Source: Bacteroidetes bacterium UBA6063 (GTDB lineage: Bacteria > Bacteroidota > Bacteroidia > NS11-12g > UBA9320). From it: a stretch of DNA of 43,540 bases. The translations under genes were made by a program, and so were the position numbers. The stretch lies in NCBI GenBank assembly GCA_002428905.1, contig DIYD01000100.1, positions 1 to 43,540 on the forward strand. Reading direction: 5' to 3'. This document shows, one piece after another, positions 37,589-43,540 of this stretch (its first letter is position 1; each line of letters starts with the position of its first letter). Under the pieces are notes generated by a model, which saw nothing but the letters and a program-made list of their open reading frames with translations, was not told the DNA's origin and made no database searches.

Positions 37589-37659
37589 TGCCCGATCGTC
37601 TAATGGCAGGACCGCTGTTTTTGGTGCAGCTTGTGGAGGTTCGAATCCTTCTCGGGCAA
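37589..37659 (+). tRNA. tRNA-Gln (anticodon UUG)
   Basis: Hand-folded cloverleaf. Acceptor stem TGCCCGA/TCGGGCA, D-arm GTCT-AATGGCA-GGAC, anticodon arm GCTGT-TTTTGGT-GCAGC (anticodon TTG), 4-nt variable loop, T-arm GGAGG-TTCGAAT-CCTTC, discriminator A. No encoded CCA. Confidence 0.8.
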
Positions 37660-37702
37660 CAAAAAAGTCAGGAAATCTGACACGTTTATGATAACCGGTT
37701 AG

Positions 37703-37710
37703 TACTTTTG
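37703..37710 (+). promoter_or_regulatory. candidate -7 box (TACTTTTG) for prs-rplY
   Basis: Exact TAnnTTTG, 26 nt upstream of the prs ATG. Confidence 0.4.
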
Positions 37711-37735
37711 AAGCCGGTGAAAGTAAAACGAAATT

Positions 37736-38710
37736 ATGCCTTCTTTAATAAACAAAGTCAAGATCTTTAGTGGCTCCGCAAGTCAGCCACTGGCCGAGAA
37801 AATCGCACTTTCGTACGGCCTACCTTTAGGGGATGTTTCTCTTCCCACATACAGCGATGGAGAATTCCAACCAAGCATAGACGAATCTGTTCGTGGTTGT
37901 GATGTATTTTTCATCCAGTCTACCTTCCCTCCTGCAGACAATTTGATGGAGTTATTGCTGTTAATTGATGCAGCAAAAAGAGCTAGTGCCCACATGGTTA
38001 CTGCAGTAATCCCTTACTTTGGATTGGCTCGTCAGGACAGAAAAGACAAACCAAGAGTACCAATCGGATCAAAGATGGTAGCCAACATTTTGGTTGCTGC
38101 CGGTGCTGATCGTGTTATGACGATGGACTTGCACGCACCTCAGATTCAAGGGTTCTTCGACATTCCGGTAGATCACCTTGATTCGCTGGTTATCTTCATT
38201 CCGTACATCAAGAGTTTAAAACTGGATAATATCGTACTTGCTGCTCCGGATATTGGGGCTTCAAAACGTGTACGTGAGTTTGCCAAGGTGTTGAACTGTG
38301 ATATGGTCATTTGCGACAAGGAACGTAAACGTGCCAATGAAGTGGCATCCATGGTGGTTATTGGTGACGTTAAAGGCAAGAACGTTGTATTGATTGATGA
38401 CATCTGTGACACTGCAAATACACTGGCAAAAGCAGCCCAGCTATTGATCGACGAAGGTGCTGCATCTGTGCGAGCGGTATGTACACACCCTGTACTTTCG
38501 GGTAAGGCATATGACACCGTAGAGAACTCTGCGTTGGAGGAACTGGTTGTTACCGACACCATTCCTTTAAAGCAAGAATCTTCAAAAATCAAGACATTAT
38601 CGGTTGATCGTTTATTTGCAAATGCCATTCGAAATGTTTGTGAATATGGCTCGATCAGCTCATTATTCAATATCGACAACGCTTATCAGTCGAAATTAGG
38701 TTTAAAATAG
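37736..38710 (+). CDS. prs: ribose-phosphate pyrophosphokinase
   Basis: KIFSGSASQPLAEKIA, YFGLARQDRK, MDLHAPQIQGFF and the PRPP loop VLIDDICDTANT. Confidence 0.92.
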   Translation: MPSLINKVKIFSGSASQPLAEKIALSYGLPLGDVSLPTYSDGEFQPSIDESVRGCDVFFIQSTFPPADNLMELLLLIDAAKRASAHMVTAVIPYFGLARQDRKDKPRVPIGSKMVANILVAAGADRVMTMDLHAPQIQGFFDIPVDHLDSLVIFIPYIKSLKLDNIVLAAPDIGASKRVREFAKVLNCDMVICDKERKRANEVASMVVIGDVKGKNVVLIDDICDTANTLAKAAQLLIDEGAASVRAVCTHPVLSGKAYDTVENSALEELVVTDTIPLKQESSKIKTLSVDRLFANAIRNVCEYGSISSLFNIDNAYQSKLGLK

Positions 38711-38729
38711 TTTTAGAAAATTAATAGAA

Positions 38730-39347
38730 ATGAAAACAATTGCTATCAAAGGCGATGCCCGTAAAGACCTTGGCAAATCAGCTACAAAACAAGTAAGAGC
38801 TGCAGGTCAGGTACCTTGTGTATTGTATGGTGCTGGTGAGAACCTGCACTTCTCCGTGTACGAATCAGACTTCAGTAACCTGGTTTACACACCGAATACA
38901 TACCTGGTACGTTTAGACATCGAAGGCAAGCAAGTAATCGCAAAGCTACAGGATATCCAATTCCATCCTGTATCAGAGGCCATTATCCATGCTGATTTCT
39001 ACGCCTTGAATTTAGACAATCCAGTAGACCTTAAACTACCTATCCAGGTAGTAGGTAACTCACCAGGTGTTCGTGCCGGTGGTAAGCTACAGGTAAAAAT
39101 CCGCAAGCTGGCTGTTCGTGGTTTGATCCAGAATCTTCCAGACTTCATTGAGGTAAACATCGATAGTTTAGAAATTGGAAAGTCCGTTCGTGTACGTGAA
39201 CTTAATGTTGAGAACGTAGAGTTGATGGATACACCAGAAAACAGTGTGGTATCTGTAGTTGTAACTCGTGCTGCTCGTTCTGCTGCCGCCGGCGCAGAGG
39301 AAGAAGGCGAAGAAACAACTGAAGAAACTGCAGAAGCAGAAGCTTAA
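38730..39347 (+). CDS. rplY: 50S ribosomal protein L25/general stress protein Ctc
   Basis: RK..GKSATKQVRAAGQVPCVLYG, a long Ctc-type C-terminal domain and an acidic tail. Lies 19 nt after prs. Confidence 0.88.
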   Translation: MKTIAIKGDARKDLGKSATKQVRAAGQVPCVLYGAGENLHFSVYESDFSNLVYTPNTYLVRLDIEGKQVIAKLQDIQFHPVSEAIIHADFYALNLDNPVDLKLPIQVVGNSPGVRAGGKLQVKIRKLAVRGLIQNLPDFIEVNIDSLEIGKSVRVRELNVENVELMDTPENSVVSVVVTRAARSAAAGAEEEGEETTEETAEAEA

Positions 39348-39366
39348 TAAAACATTCGCATTAGCG

Positions 39367-39402
39367 AAAAAAGGCGAGTACTCCTTGAGGCTCGCCTTTT
39401 TT
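39367..39402 (+). terminator. rho-independent terminator after rplY
   Basis: AAAAAAGGCGAG-tactccttgagg-CTCGCCTTTTTT, 20 nt after the stop. Confidence 0.7.
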
Positions 39403-39582
39403 AATGTGAAAATATGCAGATTTGTAAATGTGTAAATCAAACCCCAAAAGGCAGGTCTCACATCGGAAATTAACCACTTATCACAAATTGGTTTTAGGCC
39501 TTGGAAAGTTAAGATTTAACGACCTTCATTGAGACAAATGACATCAACTTAGACCTATTTACACATTTCCATATTGATGCAT

Positions 39583-40596
39583 TTACATATTGCCAGCAGC
39601 CTTATAGCGCCCACATATCTCCCGAATGCTCGTATCGAAATCACGGAATTCAAACCCGGTCTCATCGATTAGTTTTTGAGAGGAGTAACGCATTTCTTTC
39701 AGGCCGGCACGGGCACTTTCTTTGGTTATCAAACCTCTGCCTGTGAACACGGCAGCTATGCCTGCCAGTCGCCATGAAACCTCTGCCAACCACTTTTTCA
39801 CCTTTATACGCGGTGGTTTGGCGCCCATTGTTGTTGCAATCGCTTTAAACACCTCGTAATACGACTTGTTCCATCCCGTACACAAGTATCGATCATGAAA
39901 CATCTCTGTCTTCATCAATACGATACAAGCATCGGCAACATCACGTGCATCCACAAAAGCATTTGAACCGGTTGTATAAAACGGAAATCCAGCCGATCCA
40001 TTCTTAAAGAATTTTGACGGCCCGTTATTCCAGTTTGCATAACCCAACACAATACACGGGTTAATAATGGCTACATCTAGGCCTTCTTCCCTACCGCGAA
40101 ATGCTTCCAACTCGGCAAGGTACTTTGTATAGCTGTAAAAGCTTGAAGCATGATCGGCAGAATAGGCTTGAGATTCGTCCACAAGTTTTTTCTCCACGCC
40201 ACCTATGGATGCTGTCGAACTAATAAAACAGAGTTTGGGTTTGTTCTCCATACCCAAACAGGCATTCACCACATTCGCTGTACCCTCAAGGTTTACCTTG
40301 AGCATGGTACTTTTATCATTTTTTGAGAAGGAGACCATAGCGGCACAGTGATACACATCTTCGCAACCCTCTATGCCTTCCAGCAGCGATACAATATCGT
40401 TTACGTCACCATCTACCCAGGTCAATTGATGCAGCAAATCGGTTGCCTTATCACCCAGTTCGAACTGGGTTAGTGCCGTAAACCAGCTCAAATCCGAAGT
40501 CGACCGTTTCAGTGCTCTTACACGACGTCCATCGCGCAGTAATGCACATATTAAATGGCTGCCTACCAACCCCGTACCTCCAGTTACAAACACCAT
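39583..40596 (-). CDS. NAD-dependent epimerase/dehydratase (extended SDR) family protein
   Basis: Rossmann motif VFVTGGTGLVGSHL, catalytic Y..K (YSYTKYLAE). Length and layout are typical of the family. Confidence 0.8.
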   Translation of the reverse strand: MVFVTGGTGLVGSHLICALLRDGRRVRALKRSTSDLSWFTALTQFELGDKATDLLHQLTWVDGDVNDIVSLLEGIEGCEDVYHCAAMVSFSKNDKSTMLKVNLEGTANVVNACLGMENKPKLCFISSTASIGGVEKKLVDESQAYSADHASSFYSYTKYLAELEAFRGREEGLDVAIINPCIVLGYANWNNGPSKFFKNGSAGFPFYTTGSNAFVDARDVADACIVLMKTEMFHDRYLCTGWNKSYYEVFKAIATTMGAKPPRIKVKKWLAEVSWRLAGIAAVFTGRGLITKESARAGLKEMRYSSQKLIDETGFEFRDFDTSIREICGRYKAAGNM

Positions 40597-41772
40597 ATGT
40601 TTAACGAAAGCTCAAAGAAACTTTATTTTTGCCAATTACAACACAACGCCCTACAATTGGAAGACTTTTTACGCCCTATTCCTGCCCCTTTTGGAGAAAT
40701 TGATTATGCTGAACGGCTAGGTCACTTTATCCCGAAGTATATCTCCGAATTCCCAGAATGGCAAGAAGCCGATTTGGCAATTATTGGCATAAATGAAGGT
40801 CGTAATACCAGGAACAAAGAAACCAAACTGGCACCCAATCAACTGCGTAAAGAACTTTACCAGCTCATACCACCATCGTCTAAACTTAACATTGTGGACC
40901 TGGGCAATATTGAACCTGGCGAGAATTTTGAAGATACAGAGGTTGCCTTACAGGAAGTATCCAAAACCCTATTGGCAGAGAACATTGTACCTATTTTATT
41001 GGGCGGGACCAGAGAGTTGGCCTTTGGACAGTTCAAGGCATTTCAAACCATTGTAAAAAACCTGGAATGTACCGTGGTATCGGCCAATATCGAGCTTGGT
41101 CAAAACGATTTTCTGAACAAGATTTGCCTGTACGAGCCCAATTACCTGTTCAACATCAATGTGTTGGGCTACCAAAGTCACTACGTCAAGCAACAAGCCG
41201 TTGCCGTATTGCAAAAAATGTACTTCAACGCACAGCGTTTGGGTTTGCTTCGAGGATAGATTAATGAAACCGAGCCAATATTCAGAAACACCGACATGGC
41301 TGTGTTTGATATTGGAGCCATAAAACAGGCTGACGCGCCTGGCAACTACAACAACAATCCAAGCGGCTTAACGAGTGAAGAAATTTGTCAGCTGTGCTGG
41401 TATGCTGGAATTTCGGAGAAACTGCGAAGTTTTGGTTTGTTCGAAATCAACCCTGAATTCGACTATCGAAATACAACTTCAAAGCTAGGCGCCCAAATGA
41501 TATGGTATTTTATTGACGGCTACTATAACCGTAAAGGTGACCACCCTGAACTGCATAACGAATTCTTGAAATATCGCTGCACAATGATCAGCAACGAACC
41601 GGATGTGGTTTTCTATAAAAGCAAGCGCACAGAACGCTGGTGGATGGAAATTCCAGGTATTTCAAACGCCAAAACACTGGTAATACCGTGCTCCTATTCA
41701 GACTACACCATGGCCACCAAAGGCGAGATGCCCGATCTGTTTTTCAAGGCATTACAGAAGAACCTAAAATAA
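40597..41772 (+). pseudogene. arginase/formimidoylglutamase-fold gene interrupted by one in-frame TAG (41257..41259)
   Basis: Track ORFs 40555..41259 and 41296..41772 share a reading frame and are separated only by the TAG plus 12 sense codons. Across the join the sequence reads ..LGLLRG*INETEPIFRNTDMAVFDIGAIKQADAPG... The downstream half keeps arginase-family-like motifs (FDIGAI..ADAPG and FEINPEFD). The 5' end is uncertain (ATG 40597 or TTG 40657). Confidence 0.6.
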
Positions 41773-41808
41773 AAAACAATCTTTTCACGTATAGTATTAA
41801 AAGGCAAT

Positions 41809-41934
41809 ATGAAATCATCTAAAATCACCACCATTCTCGCCATTCTTTTTCTGGGCATGTTCTTGTTTTCATGTGGGGGTCCAAAAACGTGTAGCACAAA
41901 AGGCAAAACACGTGTTCCGATGGGTCATATGTAA
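41809..41934 (+). CDS. 41-aa predicted micro-lipoprotein
   Basis: My own translation gives MKSSKITTILAILFLGMFLFSCGGPKTCSTKGKTRVPMGHM*, i.e. a signal peptide, a lipobox (LFSC) and a short basic Cys-containing tail. It is below the ORF-track length cut-off. Confidence 0.4.
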   Translation: MKSSKITTILAILFLGMFLFSCGGPKTCSTKGKTRVPMGHM

Positions 41935-41979
41935 GCCATCTTTACTCAATTTAGAGCGTGCGCTTTAGCGCAATACATC

Positions 41980-41987
41980 TATATTTG
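41980..41987 (+). promoter_or_regulatory. candidate -7 box (TATATTTG) for aspS
   Basis: Exact TAnnTTTG, 24 nt upstream of the aspS ATG at 42011. Confidence 0.4.
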
Positions 41988-42010
41988 CGGCCTAAAATTG
42001 AATTGAGATT

Positions 42011-43540
42011 ATGCTTCGGTCGCACACCTGTGGTGAGTTAAGAATTTCGGATGTAAATACGTCTGTTACCCTTTGTGGTTGGGTTCAGAAAAGACGGGAC
42101 TTTGGCAGTATGTCGTTTGTCGATCTTCGCGATCGGTATGGCATCACCCAATTGTCGTTTAATGAAGAAATCAATACGGATTTATTGGAGCAGGCACGCA
42201 GTATTTCGCGCGAGTTTGTGATTGAAGTTACGGGTGTAGTTACGGAGCGGAGCAACAAAAACCCTAATATCCCAACCGGAGATATCGAAATCATCGTTGA
42301 GAAGCTAACGGTTCTGAATGCTTCATTGACTCCACCTTTTACCATTGAAGACGACACCGATGGAGGTGAAGAAATTCGACTAAAGTATCGTTATCTTGAT
42401 ATTCGGAGAAATCCGGTTCGAGAAAAACTGGTTTTGCGCCATGCCACCAACAAAGCCGTTCGTAGCTTCCTGGACCAACAGGATTTCTTAGAAGTTGAAA
42501 CACCGTACCTCATCAAATCTACGCCTGAAGGTGCCCGCGATTTCGTGGTTCCGTCTCGATTGAATGAAAACCAGTTTTATGCGTTACCGCAATCGCCTCA
42601 AACCTTCAAACAATTGCTGATGGTATCCGGTATGGATCGCTACTATCAAATTGTAAAATGTTTTAGAGACGAAGATTTCAGAGCGGACAGACAGCCTGAA
42701 TTCACACAGATCGACTGCGAAATGACGTTTGTAGAACGCGATGACGTATTGCAAACGTTCGAAGGCATGGTACGGAATGTTTTCCAGGAAGTGTTGAACC
42801 ACGACTTAGGTGAAATACCGGTTATGACATATGCAGATGCCATCCAAAACTACGGATCGGACAAACCCGATCTTCGTTTTGGTATGACATTCAACTATCT
42901 CAACGATGTAGCCAAAGGGCATGGGTTTGGAATTTTTGACAATGCCGAAACGGTGATTGCAATCAACGTATCGGGAGGCGCATCGTTTACACGGAAAGAA
43001 ATTGACGCCATAACCGATTACGTAAAGCGCCCGCAAATTGGCGCCAAAGGCATGATTTATTGCCGGGTTAACGACGACGGAAGTTATAAATCCTCCGTCG
43101 ACAAGTTCTTTAATCAAGATGCGTTGAAACAATGGGCAGAAGCCTGCCAAGCGCAGCCTGGCGACTTAATCCTTGTATTAAGTGGTGACTTGAATACAAC
43201 TCAAAAGCAAATGAACGAATTGCGTTTGCATGTTGGTGATCTCAAGGGCTTACGTCCAGCAGACCAATTCAAAGCGTGCTGGGTAGTGGATTTCCCGTTA
43301 CTCGAATGGGACGAAGAATCAAACCGTTTCCATGCAATGCACCACCCATTTACAAGTCCAATCCTTGAAGATTTAGAGCTTATGCACAGTGCGCCTGAGA
43401 AAATCCGAGCCAATGCCTACGACATGGCGATTAACGGAATGGAAATAGGTGGTGGTTCTATTCGAATCCACGATAAAGAACTACAGGCCAAGATGTTCGA
43501 CTTGCTTGGCTTCACACCAGAAGAAGCAAAGGCACAGTTT
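42011..43540 (+). CDS. aspS: aspartate--tRNA ligase (partial, runs off the right edge)
   Basis: [40 protein letters not shown] (OB fold), class II motifs [16 protein letters not shown] and [25 protein letters not shown], the GAD insertion domain, and ..GGGSIRIHD. The frame is open for 510 codons to the window end, and it is not in the ORF track because no stop is present. Confidence 0.95.
   Translation, partial: MLRSHTCGELRISDVNTSVTLCGWVQKRRDFGSMSFVDLRDRYGITQLSFNEEINTDLLEQARSISREFVIEVTGVVTERSNKNPNIPTGDIEIIVEKLTVLNASLTPPFTIEDDTDGGEEIRLKYRYLDIRRNPVREKLVLRHATNKAVRSFLDQQDFLEVETPYLIKSTPEGARDFVVPSRLNENQFYALPQSPQTFKQLLMVSGMDRYYQIVKCFRDEDFRADRQPEFTQIDCEMTFVERDDVLQTFEGMVRNVFQEVLNHDLGEIPVMTYADAIQNYGSDKPDLRFGMTFNYLNDVAKGHGFGIFDNAETVIAINVSGGASFTRKEIDAITDYVKRPQIGAKGMIYCRVNDDGSYKSSVDKFFNQDALKQWAEACQAQPGDLILVLSGDLNTTQKQMNELRLHVGDLKGLRPADQFKACWVVDFPLLEWDEESNRFHAMHHPFTSPILEDLELMHSAPEKIRANAYDMAINGMEIGGGSIRIHDKELQAKMFDLLGFTPEEAKAQF

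Noticed and set aside
37525-37735. Whether tRNA-Gln marks an integration site for a genomic island.
   Set aside because: There is no integrase, no direct repeat of the tRNA 3' end, and conserved housekeeping genes (recQ and prs) lie on both sides.
38173-38679. A 168-aa minus-strand ORF.
   Set aside because: It is antisense to prs, which is unambiguous. No motifs.
39168-39461. A 97-aa minus-strand ORF spanning the end of rplY and its terminator.
   Set aside because: It is antisense to rplY, runs through a strong terminator hairpin and has a Phe/Cys-rich nonsense-like translation.
42085-43413. Four minus-strand ORFs (42085..42357, 42584..42843, 42806..43150 and 43201..43413).
   Set aside because: All lie antisense to the aspS frame, which is open and motif-rich from 42011 to the window end. 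The track omits aspS only because it has no stop codon in the window.

Overview
This window looks like a chromosomal segment from a Bacteroidota bacterium. The evidence is a T9SS type-B cargo with a PorP/SprF partner, TAnnTTTG -7 boxes in front of several genes, and little sign of Shine-Dalgarno dependence. About two thirds of it is ordinary, tightly packed housekeeping: rsgA, metF, M28 and S41 peptidases, rpmH-rnpA-yidD, MscS, pepC, recQ, tRNA-Gln, prs, rplY and aspS. The stand-out region is 1421..17465 on the minus strand. It holds a single 4,844-aa secreted protein with a signal peptide, roughly 45 tandem beta-sandwich domains arranged in two kinds of higher-order repeat, four PKD domains and a T9SS type-B C-terminal sorting domain. 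Thirty-one nt downstream sits a PorP/SprF outer-membrane barrel fused through an acidic helical spacer to an OmpA-type peptidoglycan-binding domain. Secondary points of interest: (1) a translationally coupled kdsD-like/manC-like/SGNH/MBOAT glycan O-acylation operon; (2) an arginase-fold gene split by one in-frame TAG; (3) genes the ORF track misses, namely rpmH, a 41-aa lipoprotein and the partial aspS; (4) a 12-nt perfect inverted repeat bracketing about 140 nt of intergenic DNA. I saw no CRISPR array, transposase, integrase, rRNA or obvious defence-system genes. All family assignments rest on motif recognition by eye, since no searches could be run.
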